A stretch of DNA of 63,997 bases, the filler included, from Choristocarpus tenellus KU-1152 (Eukaryota > Protista > Phaeophyceae), in assembly GCA_964200185.2 (NCBI GenBank). It is 10 parts of 10 records of this genome, joined end to end, with 100 filler letters (N's around TTAATTAATTAA, not from the genome) between each part and the next. Parts side by side here need not be neighbours in the genome. Positions count along the whole stretch, not along the records: positions 35,944 to 53,284 come from CAXNAD020000686.1; positions 53,385 to 57,163 come from CAXNAD020017970.1; positions 57,264 to 61,322 come from CAXNAD020016428.1; positions 61,423 to 63,997 come from CAXNAD020026622.1; 6 more parts are not named here. One strand, 5' to 3'. Position numbers and translations under genes: made by a program. Below the pieces are notes generated by a model. The model was not told the origin of the DNA and ran no database searches. It saw nothing but the letters and a program-made list of their open reading frames with translations. Of the stretch, positions 50,030 through 61,725 are shown piece by piece (position 1 is the stretch's first letter; every line of letters starts with the position of its first letter).

Positions 50030-51810
50030 AACGATTTTCTGCAATCATTTCAAGGCATTGTGGGATCTGGTCTACTCTTCTGTGAAGGTCACAAGAGGGT
50101 CCATAGGACGAAGGTGAAAGATAAGTTTTGTGGGCAAACGACGACCAGGATCAGGCCTATGTCCAACAATGCCATCAATAGTGCACTAGCCAATAACTGG
50201 TTGGGAGATTTGACGGTCTAAATCTGGCAATGGTAACGGTTTTCCCAGAAACAATTAATTCAATTCACTCAAAACTCTAGTGTAGGAGGTTGGACTCGAG
50301 GATTATAACATTTCATTCTACCCAGATAAACGGAAAATGGACATGGATTTCCAGGTAATATGACCCTGTACACAATGGGTGATACCTCAGATGTACTTCG
50401 TACGGACCCCTCAAGGAGTTGCTTCGGATTCGGACAATCAGTACTCTCATGGGCCATATACTAGAACTTTATCGCCAGTTACGAAAACGGGGAATACTAG
50501 AAGTTGGTTGGCACGTTCTTGATTTTTAACATGTTCATGGAGATTACGGCGTGCCAACTCAAATGCAAGCTGTAAATGATCTGGTGTACTGAGTAAACTC
50601 TTCAGTGACATCTGCATCAGCTTTAGACTAACCAGGGTAAATGAGCTTGCCTTCCAAACAGAAGAAAAAACGAGGTTTCATACAACTTTGCATTGAAAGC
50701 TGTGTTAAGGCGACAGAGATATAATCGCTAGCATAGAATGCAATGTAGCATGTACTATCTCTAACGTAGAATTCCCTTGAGGGTGATACGTGTGTGGTTT
50801 GGGGTTTCGTGCAACCAGCTCTGCAACGATACTCTTTTCAATTTCCGTACCTTGGTTAGAGTGTGACAACTCGGGTGACCCGAATATTGAAATACCTGTT
50901 CTAACAGTACCAGCAATTGTTGCGAGATCTTTGTTTGGAACAAGGCATAGAACAACAAGAGTGAGGTGATCAATAGCAACACTTTGAAATTGCCTGCCTG
51001 TCAAGGGGCATATAGCCAGTGGGAAGCGTAGCTTTGTTATCAGCAGCCTTCACGTTTGGCATGTCCGACAATCACAGCACCATGTACGAATGTCGATATT
51101 GAAATATGACCACCAGTATGAGTCTCCAACCTTATCATCAAACATGGGTTTAAAACCTAAATGGCCTCCAGACAATACATGACCATGGCAACCGTGGACG
51201 ACGTGGAGTACAAGACGAACAAACGAGCGAGGAACGACCAACTTGTCGAACCTTAACCTCGCCCTCTCGGTTACGGTCCATCTTGATCCGTCTGGTCCGT
51301 CTTGCCCCGTGATTCTCTTGAACCCTTGCCTGATTGAACCGCATCGCCACAGAATCACATGATTCATTGAAGTAAGCAATGATAGCTAGTTCATTAGGCT
51401 TATCGGATCGGGGTTGTGCCAAAAAAATCCCAGCACACTCTCGTTGGGATTAACATGGACGACAAACTCTTGCTCAGGAAATACGAGAACCAGAGCTGTA
51501 GAGAGTAATTGTTTCACTTTGAAAAATGCCACATCCTCGTCAAATCCCCATTTATAAGTATTTTCTCACCCCTTTCTTAGTAAGACAACCTAATGGTTGG
51601 ATAACTGTCGAGGTTTGGTATAAATTTACGCGCATTATTATTAACCTTACCTACAGATAGAAGTCCTTTGATGGTGATGTGTTTGGTAATTCAGTGATGG
51701 TACGAACCCGATCTTCGTCGATACGAATCCCAGCAGACGATAAAACATACCAAATAATGGACTCTTTAGGTTCAAATTGGATCTTTGACAGTTTCAAGGT
51801 TAAACTGTTA
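50030..51810 (-). mobile_element. Ty3/Gypsy (chromovirus-like) pol relic: RT tail, integrase, chromodomain-like end
   Basis: LTLKLSKIQF...GIRIDEDRVRTITELP (RT); LVVP...LHVVHG...GGHLG...YWW...WCCDCRTCQ (HHCC); FQSVAIDH, FGSPELSHSNQGTEIE, YHPQGNSTLE (rve); GPY-like region and TIDGIVGHRP..GRR; many stops. Confidence 0.9.
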
Positions 51811-51975
51811 AAACATACTCATTTTTTGTATTATTGATACCATACACCATCGGTACTGGTCGTTACCCAACTTTACATCATTGGTACCTCATCATAGGAT
51901 TTTTATTACAGTTACAACCTTATAGTTTATAGGAAGTATGGAATCGACTGTCAAACATACATAGTATGTGCCATA

Positions 51976-52885
51976 TGAGTTGTCCTAAATATTGAATCAA
52001 GTTTGTTTGTCTTCACATCACAACCACCAGTAGTAACTCATATGCTGATTATTCTTTTTTCTCTGGTTGGCTTTTCCCCCACTCAGACCTCGAGTTCACT
52101 CTCCACTAAATGTACCTGACACACAACTCGATGCTATATATTCAGAGTTAAAACATCCACAAAACCCTTCATGATAAGGTGACAAGCTCTACAAAGAGCA
52201 TGAATCTTTTCCTTTGAATGTACCAAGGAATATCCTACATCGCTGTACAAGATAACCTTTGACTGTGCAAATCATGTCACAAGGTTATCAGCATGAATTC
52301 ACCTGTGCTTCATTGCACCATGACACCCTTTCACCACAACCAACCCGCTACCATACAAGAGCATGATTTATTCAATCCCAGGTTCCAACAGGTTATGAGC
52401 CTCAACGCCTAAACGACACACACAACTGAGTTGTCATAGATATTGATTCAAGTTTGTCTCTTTGATTCTTTCTTCTTCACATCAGAATAACCAGTTGTAT
52501 ATAATTTTTGATTATTCTTATTTCACTGGTTAGCTTTGACCCCACTTAAGACATCAAGCTCACTCTGCATTAAGTGTACCTGATACGCACCTGGATGCCA
52601 TATATTCATAGTTAAAACATCCTCAAAAACCCTTCTTCATAAGGTGACAAGCCTCTACTCAGAGCATGCATATCTTCCTTTGAACGTCTCAAGGAATATC
52701 CACAACTTTGTACCAGATAACTTCTTACTGTGCACAGCATGTCCCTAGGTTCATCAGAACGAATTCACCTTTGTTTCACTGCACGTGGCACCCCTTCTCT
52801 ACCAATCTGTCACTGCACAAAAAAGCACAATTAATTCAATTTCAGGTTTCAACAGATTATGAGCCTCAACACACAAACAACTCAC
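51976..52885 (+). repeat. Diverged tandem duplication, ~450-bp units (starts ~51976 and ~52427)
   Basis: tgagttgtc.ta.atattga.tcaagtttgt, gttaaaacatcc, ataaggtgacaagc, caaggaatatcc and tatgagcctcaac occur in both units. Confidence 0.85.
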
Positions 52886-52920
52886 ACCAAGTATGCTTCC
52901 ATTCTGCCAAAGCCCATCCG

Positions 52921-52965
52921 TGCCACCACTGCCACCAGCCAGGTCATCATCCGCGCCAATGCCCC
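52921..52965 (+). mobile_element. Gag-type CCHC zinc knuckle remnant
   Basis: CHHCHQPGHHPRQCP = CX2CX4HX4C, directly after the tandem duplication. Confidence 0.6.
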
Positions 52966-53210
52966 CATTGCCACATCACCCCCACTCCACTATCTCCACT
53001 TTATACTCCCCCAACTGCCCCCTGCAACTCCCACGTCCACCGCCACCCACACAGCCACCACACCTGTTACTACCTCTGCTCTGCCTGATGAGTGGGGCCA
53101 GGATTCCATTGGCTACTATTCCTACTGCTCCACCATCATTCCCAGAAGTACTCTGGCCTGAAGCCACTGCCACTTCCACTCACCTTACCACCCCATGTGA
53201 GGGAACGAGC

Positions 53211-53284
53211 AATGAAAAGTATCTGGGGGGGGGGGGGGGGGGGGCACACCCATGTGTCCGTTTGGCGCAAAAACAGGAAAAGTC
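53211..53284 (+). mobile_element. Poly-G-TIR MITE-like element, partial copy at contig end
   Basis: aaagtatctg(g)n cacacccatgtgtccgtttgg...aggaaaagt. Confidence 0.75.
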
Positions 53285-53384
53285 NNNNNNNNNNNNNNNN
53301 NNNNNNNNNNNNNNNNNNNNNNNNNNNNTTAATTAATTAANNNNNNNNNNNNNNNNNNNNNNNNNNNNNNNNNNNNNNNNNNNN

Positions 53385-53486
53385 CCCCCCCCCCCCCCCC
53401 GACCCTTTCAGCCTCCCCGTTTTTCGCCCACAAGGACCCCCTGGCGCAGCCCCCCCCCCCCCCCCCTTCCCCAGATACTTTTGGCC
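53385..53486 (-). mobile_element. Poly-G-TIR MITE-like element terminus at contig start (low-quality sequence)
   Basis: ggaccccctggcgcagc(c)n...ccagatacttttggcc. Confidence 0.65.
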
Positions 53487-54261
53487 AAAGATGTAGAAAC
53501 GCGAACAGATAGTCCTCAGCTAGTTCTCTCAGCACAGACCCTCTATGTTCAAGCTGTCATCAAGGTTTGTTCATTTCTCCGATCTCACCAATGGTGCTAC
53601 TTAGAGAGGCGCAGCTTCATGTAGTGAATCTTCAACATGTCTAAGTTAACATACTCTCCTTGTAAACAGTTTAATGATGGTCTGTAGTATGGAATAAATG
53701 TCAAAATATGAAGTGCATCAAGTGTTTCTGTAGTTACTACAAAGTTCTATATTAAGAATTGTTCGAGCATATCAGATCAAAAGCTTTAGTTTTGTGAGAA
53801 CAAAGTAAACACTGGAGTAGTAGTGCTCATCTCTTTATGTCATAAGAAAAGGTCAAGAAGAGGAAGGCAGGTGAATAGAGTAAGTAAGGGAAAAAAATCA
53901 AGTAGCAATCAGTAGTTCCTGCTTCAAACAAACACAGGGCAAGGGTTTAAATTGTTCGACAATATTTTTTCGAACTACTTTGCAGTGATCTGTAATGAGA
54001 AAAAGGTTATCTGGCACACGCATGCACACATGCACACACACACACGCACACACAGGTAAATGTATGATCCATATGTGTCTAGTGGAAACCCTGTCATAGG
54101 GTGCAAAGCCTAAGAACGAAAAGCTTGGTTGTGAATAGTCAACACACTGAAATGTTTGGATCTGAACATACATGTGGCCTTGTCTACAATATAGATGATG
54201 GCAGTAGGGGGCATGGAAGGAGGTCTACCCAAGGCCTAGTACCTCCGCAAAAGACTCTCAC

Positions 54262-56716
54262 CAGAAGGGATAGCCGTTGTCATCATAATGCTGTGACCAC
54301 TCGTCTGTTCCATTATTGCTATCTCCAGTCTGGGTGAGATGAGAAGAAGATGTTGCATTCCAGGAGTCTCCGTCTAGTGCAAAGCGTCGATAGGACAGTG
54401 AGACAGGGTTGCGAAAGCGAATGTGGAAGTGCATGTACTTTGGGTGGACTTTAGAGGTGGAGCTTCCTTGAAAACTGACTCCCAGGGAAATGATTAATGT
54501 AATGTATTTTCATCTACGTGAAACATAGGGATATGATTCATGTAATGGATATAGCACACAAAGACACACACCCACAACTACAGGTATGTGTGAACATCAG
54601 TGGTGAAGGCTCAAAGGGCAGTGTAGAGAGAGCCACTAGATTGTGAAAAAACATGTTTTCACACATATTCAGTTATGAACATGGGGTTTGGCACCCCATC
54701 AACTACTATGTTAGTGGTATGCCTACAACGAGGACTTGTTGTGAAGGAATAAGATTGGCTGTGCCAAGTCCAATGTTTTATGGCAAGAAGCAAAAAACCT
54801 CGATTTTGTGCATGCTGCTGCTTTTTCCATCCTATAAGAAAGGTATCTGTGAGGTACAAAGTGTAACTCACCGGTTGCTGATGCCAAACCAAGGTACGTG
54901 TCTGCAGAAGTTGAATCCGAACCATCATTGAGCAAATGGGGATTTTCATACTGGGATGTGCCTGTCATAGCATTGTACCAATAGGGTAGGCCGTTGTCGT
55001 CTGCATATTCTTGCCACTCCTGGAGAAGTTAATGTGTTTTGTGGAAAAGTGGGAAAGGAGAGTGAGATGATTTTGGGAGTGGAAGCTAAAAGTGCTCTGA
55101 GATATGATATTTGATGTGGAGGTGATACACCAGTTGATGCAAGCTGTGTTTGATGATTGAAAAGTCCTCAAGAGGGATCAGAGGGATATCATCTAAGGGG
55201 AGGGGTGGTTGAGTTGGAATGGCCCCTATGACTGCCTTGAAGTATAGTGCATGTTTTTGATCGCTGAAGAGGACACTTTTAGCTAACAATATGTGTTCAC
55301 AGGTAATCCTTCTCATATACAGCCATACATCCCTAAAGAGGCTAAGTGCGTGTTGGCATGGGTATTGAGTAAATTGCAAAATGTTTCAAAAGGCATTGAA
55401 ACCCAAAGGGGCCATAGTCAACCCCTTCTTAGATGGTTTCACTCTCAGATCACTAAGGGGGGGTACATTATGAACAAGTGATGTCCAGATTAGTATCAAT
55501 AATGTTGAGGATGAATGCATCCTGTTAGTTAAAAGTAGCATGCAGGACACTCTATTGACCTATATGCTGCTTTTCGTATCATGTACACTTGCTCTTGTTC
55601 CACCTCTTGCCTACCCCATCTGTCCTCTAGATCAGATCGGTTCTCCTCGGGCCTCTTAAGGGAGGTAACACATCCTTCATACCACATAGCACTCTTTAAC
55701 TCCCCCAGCCCCTCTTGAGATCCATTTGCTGATGCACAAAGGGTAGGTGGTAATAGTTTACCATCCAACTATTATTGGGACATACTTAGAGTATTGCATG
55801 TGGGAGGTAGCCTAAACAAATGACATTAATTAATATTTTGTCTCACTTGAAGCACCCCCTTCAGCTGCCGTTCATCACATGACCACAACATTTCCAACTT
55901 CATTAAGCACTATGACAACCCAATGCTTTAGACAAACTTTGGACTGGGGATCTAAGGCAAGGTATCCTACTTAGGGTGTAGTGGACATTGGTCATATTTT
56001 TTATAAGGAGCTTATAAAACATTATGCCTGAAACCTCTGTTCCATGGTCCAAGAGTAGATGGAGAAGGTGTGGCCAGGTCAAGAAAATAGTTTATTCCAG
56101 AAAGCACATGATCATACACATGACATCAAAATCACAATGCTTTCACACAGACCCCTTACGAACAAAGGCAACCCCCTCTTGCACACTTTTGCTCTTCTCC
56201 TGTTATATACCTACCAGATCATGCCATCTGCATCACAGAGCATCCATCCATGGTGGTCCTGCCCAGAAACCTAGCTCCTGTTGGTAATGAGCAAACAATA
56301 CTTATTGACAAAACGCCAGAATGCAACACATCCTTGCCCAAAGCTAATCTCACTATCACAACTGAATACATCTCATTCTACTACTAGGCAACGCATTGTT
56401 GCAAGGCACACAAATCTGTACGATCCCAGACATGGTACCCACCATTCCACTTGTCATTGCTGTCCCTAGCATGGTCATTTCCCTGTAGCTTTCCCCGAAA
56501 CTTCCTCCACCGTTTTCTTCTTGACCCCCGGTCTCTGCAAGGAGACTCTCTCCAGGAGAGAAGGGGCCCGCATCTGTGCCATCTGACTTCATGGCCTTAG
56601 AAGACACTTTGCCATCCGGGGCAATAGGACAGTGACTGTGTGTGCTGCGCTTTCCCCTCGAGTGTATCAAAGACCAGCATGGTCCACAAAAAGGATCATC
56701 ACAAACAGTGCACCAC
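54262..56716 (-). CDS. B-box zinc finger + WW-domain protein, internal fragment; exons 56716-56443, 55019-54872, 54373-54262
   Basis: WCTVCDDPFCGPCWSLIHSRGKRSTH (B-box-type), EWQEYADDNGLPYWYNAMTGTSQYENP and EWSQHYDDNGYPFW (WW); GT-AG, in phase. Confidence 0.8.
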
Positions 56717-57101
56717 CTGGTTGCCGACTACAGGACACGAGGGTTTTGTAGTGTGAGAAGAAATCATTGTTCAGAAGTTAGTTTTGTGGAATATGCAAAC
56801 GTGCCCAGTCTTCAGTCATTAGGGCTGAACAAATGTAAGACTGTGTGACCAATGTTCCAGAACATGCCAGCCTGGTGCAACTCTCCCACCCATACCTTCC
56901 CTCCCTCCTGAAACGCTTCTGCCTCTATTTTCTCAACGGAAGGTGGGAAAAATGGTCAGTAGTCCGCCAGTGCACTCAGGAGGAAACACCTTCTTCATCA
57001 ACACATTGCAGGTATCTGAACCAAGGGATGATGTAACAATCACTCCCTACAAGTAACTGTTGGTGATTTAGTAGTGCATGTCCCAAAATACGGTGATGAT
57101 A

Positions 57102-57163
57102 GGCTCAAAGTATCTGGGAGGGGGTGGCGGCTGTCCATTTGGGGTCAATTTTTTCATGTCGCG
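57102..57163 (-). mobile_element. Poly-G-TIR MITE-like element, partial copy at contig end
   Basis: ggctcaaagtatctgggagggggtggcggctgtccatttggggtcaattttttcatgtcgcg. Confidence 0.88.
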
Positions 57164-57664
57164 NNNNNNNNNNNNNNNNNNNNNNNNNNNNNNNNNNNNN
57201 NNNNNNNTTAATTAATTAANNNNNNNNNNNNNNNNNNNNNNNNNNNNNNNNNNNNNNNNNNNNGGGGAGAAGGGGGGGGAAAGGGACGGGACAAACCTCA
57301 ATTTTGCACAGAACAGGCTATCGATGCCATTGCCTCTCTGTTGTACATTGGGGTCTGCACTCACTTCAAATAACAACCCGCAAAGAGTCAAGAGTCATCA
57401 CCAGTAAAATTAAATAACAATAATGATAATAATAATAATAATAATACTACTACTATTTTATTTTTTGACAGATCAAAACTTCGTTCATCGTCACAAACAA
57501 GTTTCTATTCAATTCTACAGCTCCAGGCGAGTAGTGCATCTATTTAAATTTAATTTAAAATTTAAAATTTAAAAGACCTTCGAAAGCGCCTGCGAATGGT
57601 AGCGTAAGCACTCTTGGCTTCCGCCAGTGGCTGCCATGGCAACAACAGCATCGTGGAATAGTGT

Positions 57665-59360
57665 TCATATCAATAGTACTTCAAAGTCCCAGGTGGATAA
57701 CATTAGGGTTATGGTTGGGGTTAGAAGCAGGATTCTTTTAGGGCAGACAGAGTCAGTCCTTAAATGGCTACAAAGGCATTCACTCACCAGCTAGAAGGCA
57801 CAGCCCAATGCCCATCCCCACAGCCACCTTTCGCCATGGGACTGCCATTGCTAGAGGTCGTAAGATACCCCTCCTTCCCTTGCTCGAACCACCCTCAGAA
57901 TTGAGCGCTGAAGCACCCCGAGACCAATTGAGGGATAAGGTAGAGCCGAGCGTTCCTCCTTGCCGACCTGTAGCAAAGTAGCAAAGTAGGAAAGCAATTC
58001 ACAAGGTGCCAAAACATATGTGACGCACAAGACCATGCTACAGCAGGAAGAGAGTGCTGATGGGGGGGTGTGTGGATCTTCAGGGGTGATCTTCTCGTCT
58101 TGGGTTTTGGGAGAGTGCACGGAGGGGAGTGTTTTTTCAAGGATGTCATAAGGATTACTTGTTTGGGGGGCAAGCTGATCAGGTGGGTGCATCGCTATTG
58201 ACGTTTCTCCACTTGGTTGTCACTTGACTGTGTGAGATCCTTCAAAGCTCGAATCAGTCTGTTGGAAACTGTGTGGAAGAAAGTCAGCTCATTAGGGCAT
58301 CGTGTTAAGACCCACTCTACTACTACGGGACTATCCGGAAGGCTGACGATGTTCATAGCACATAAACATAGCGAGACCTCAACGTATAGTGGATGTTACG
58401 GTACACCTGTACGCGCACTTATTCAGCACAGAGTTTATGTGGCTCTTTCCAAGTCTGCTAATAACAATATCGCTTGGTACAACTGCATCCCTTTGATATA
58501 ATAAAGGGAGAAAAATAGGAATGGGCTAGTCAATATCCATAATCAGTTGTTCAGGAAACCTCTCACCTCGTGATGATGTGATTGGGCGAGATGGGGAAGG
58601 TGATCTGCTTCGGCTACCAGCCAAGTTCCAAACTCTGCGCCGGAAAGAAGTAGAAGGAATAAGGCATTGGCACGCATAATACGTGGGGTTGGATATGGCT
58701 ACTCCGACTATTAATACCGCACAACCTTCGGAATTTGAAACCAACTAAAGAGAAGGAAGTAGGGGTTCAGAACCAGAAAGCAAATGCAGGTGCTTGGATG
58801 TGCTTCTTTTCTAGTACCAATATAGACATGGACTCCTTCTGGAACTGCAGCCTTATCTACAACACGGCATAGGATCATGCAATGCACACAGTGCATGCCA
58901 CACAATCAAAGGGATGCACGCTAGATGACATCCTCATCACAAGGATGGGGGCAACTTGCAAACTGCAGCTTCTTAGCCCTCGTACACGTTCCCGCGACTG
59001 GATCTGACATTTGCTGTGACTCTAAACAAACGATATATAATATGAAGGCCAACAGGCAACGAAATTAAGGTCGGATCTACGTTCAGAGTCCGAGAATTCG
59101 GGGACCATTGTCAAATCATCGACAGGCCATGATGGTGTTGACCAACGCCACCACGAACCTCAGCAAACATGGTATCACCTGCTACCAGAGCTTCTTGGTG
59201 AGAGAGATACGCCCGCTTCTTGCGCAGAAAATGCTGTGGTCCTCCGGGATCGGCGGGGCGATCGCCTACGAGTACTCGATGATGGAGGGGTGGATCCTAT
59301 TGGGTCCAAGGAAATGAGAGGCGGCGGGAAAAGCCTAGAGGATGAGTTTCGCTTGATCAT
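57665..59360 (-). CDS. Putative Ser/Arg/Pro-rich protein with C-terminal hydrophobic helix; exons 59360-59179, 58613-58567, 57967-57788, (57678-57665)
   Basis: Three GT-AG exons in consistent phase: MIKRNSSS...SPRRSRR...SRSRSPSPSR...WRKVAVGMGIGLCLLA(VLLI*); start codon and last exon uncertain. Confidence 0.55.
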
Positions 59361-61269
59361 CAGAGCTACTTCCTCATTTGTTGTGCTCTGCACTACGTCA
59401 GCCTGGTGGTGTCGACCCTAGTACTTGCTCTGAACAAACCCCAACCTAAAATGGTGACCAGAGTATTTGGTATAATGTGGATGGGATGGAAAGAACTTTG
59501 AGCAAGGAGACTGAAATCGGGGGGAAAATATGGTTACAAGTAACCAGAAACACAGAGACAGGTTTATTCACTTTGTGCCCAATTTTCTATGCGGTGACCA
59601 CTCACTGATCAGTATAATGTTGTATTGTGTTGACGCCATGTAGAACGGGATGGAGGGGAAGGAAGTCGAACATTTCGACTATGTAAAGAAGGCTGCTCAC
59701 AGGTGCATTACGCACCTCAACCATGAGAAAGGGTATTTCTACTTTTGAAAGAGAACCTTCGCCGTGACCGTGACATGGTGACATCGATCGATGGTTGGAT
59801 CTATGTACCAATTTTGCCCAAAGTTTGAAGACCAGTAAGATATGGGTGTACCTTGTGATATCCCCCTCAAACATATTTTCGATTAATACAGGAACACCTT
59901 GCAGGATTGGACATTGTGGCTGTCAAGACCTGAGATCAATGGAACTTTTCGCAAGTTCAAGCTGCAGAATATATACTTGCATGAACTGCAAGGAAGGGAA
60001 GGGGGACCCCCTCTTTATGAACGTCTCAAGGTTTGGCGAACAAGGGCTCTAGGCCACCTAATGTAAGATATACCAGCGCCCCTGCTGAGAAATTTATACT
60101 ATATCCGCATCTCGGTCCCTCCCAGTAGGTTTCAAATTTATTTGTCTGGTCTCCTTCAGCAAAACGGGATGTAACGCACCATCTCCTGTAGTATTTTGTA
60201 ATCATTCCTATTACCAAAGGCTTGATTGACCATATCTCTACCTTCTGCAATTAGCGACCATATTCGGTTATTATCGTCACTAAAATGAATCCCCTATCCA
60301 ATCCCTGTACAGGACGGGTTCGAGGGCAACCTGGTTGGACCAGAGCAGTTCTACCTGCAATATAAACTAGAGTCGGAACCGTATCCAATCAACATTGAGC
60401 TGTCACGGCCAGGGCATGCTGAAGCTGCTTTCATCAAATTTTCCAAGCTACAATATGTGAGACAAAGAAACGTGCATAGATGAACCAGATACATGATCGT
60501 TCCTCGGCTATGATACTTTAGGTCTTGACTGCTAAGGCACCAATATTTTCTCAGCAATTCCAAATAATTCGCGTACAGTCCAACTCAGTCGACAGGGAGG
60601 GAAGGTTCCCATTCTTGTCCACCGTATGCCTCTGGAGTCTTTCAATACTTTTGATCTATGGCAAAGTAGGGAGTATCACCCTTATGTTGTGCCAACTTAA
60701 AAAGGCTGAAAATAGGAGTACATAATAGTAGAATTAATGATGAGACGTTATTGAAGGGTAGGGGGGAAATTTTATCTAAATATATATATTCATTTATATA
60801 TATATATATTACTTTCACGAATAGTGGACAAATATAAACATGTCAGAGTCTACGCAACACCATCTCAACAGGATATTAACATGAACTTCACCCTTCCATT
60901 CTTGCTTGTTAACATAAACTTAACAAGGATAAGAAGGCCCATCACATTTCCCAGCAATACGCACCCATACCAAAACAACATTGTTACCAAATCGAGTCAA
61001 TGTAAACGAGAGGTACCCAGAGTGGCATTTTAAGGATGCTAAGAACTATATGCAAAACTCGTCTATTCATTTTATTTTCACAAACATGTACAGGATATTT
61101 TTTATATTTTGTGTCAGAAAAGTCTCAAACGATGGAGAAATAAGCACTCTCAAGTCGAGCTTGGAACTTCATACATTGAAATACAGGTGAACTTAACAAA
61201 ATTTAAGAACCAGACTTAAATTGCACAACATCCAAAAAACCTGGGCACCTCTCGTTTACTCTGACTCAA

Positions 61270-61322
61270 GATCCAAAGTATCTGGGGGGGGGGGGGGGGC
61301 ATGTCCCCGGGGTGCCCTTTGG
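61270..61322 (+). mobile_element. Poly-G-TIR MITE-like element terminus at contig end
   Basis: gatccaaagtatct(g)n catgtccccggggtgccctttgg. Confidence 0.75.
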
Positions 61323-61725
61323 NNNNNNNNNNNNNNNNNNNNNNNNNNNNNNNNNNNNNNNNNNNNTTAATTAATTAANNNNNNNNNNNNNNNNNNNNNN
61401 NNNNNNNNNNNNNNNNNNNNNNGGGGGTTACACAGTCCAGAGTACTTCTTTTTCACTACAGCAGCATATGCTGTTTTTGTTTGTATTTGCTAAGTGGCAA
61501 GTTCTTCTAGGTACTGAAATGTATTTTCTTGTACTTTGAAGTCATTATTGTGGGTACTGTCCTCCACAAGGTACTTGCACCTACAGTTCTTGAGCATGTT
61601 GTACCAAGGATTCCTTCAACAATGGCAGTCGTTTTTAAGTTCACCTTGTCAAAGACTTACTATTTGTAACCTCATCGCTTTACCCCACCCTACCCTTCAT
61701 GCACACACACGTATACTGTTGGAAG

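Noticed and set aside
16470-56716. Apparent cluster of cytoskeletal/ciliary genes (EML, CEP164-like, B-box/WW)
   Set aside because: The genes lie on different artificially joined contigs, so linkage cannot be inferred.
34700-57680. In-frame TGA codons in several exon-like blocks as evidence for stop-codon reassignment or selenocysteine
   Set aside because: No internal TGA occurs in the well-supported exons of the intact genes, the DHHC gene ends in TGA, and the most affected blocks also have frameshifts or TAG; decay is the simpler explanation.
59560-61200. Possible Copia and hAT remnants (AAFFT*S; LTRFGNN)
   Set aside because: Motif matches are too short and interrupted to support a call without a profile search.
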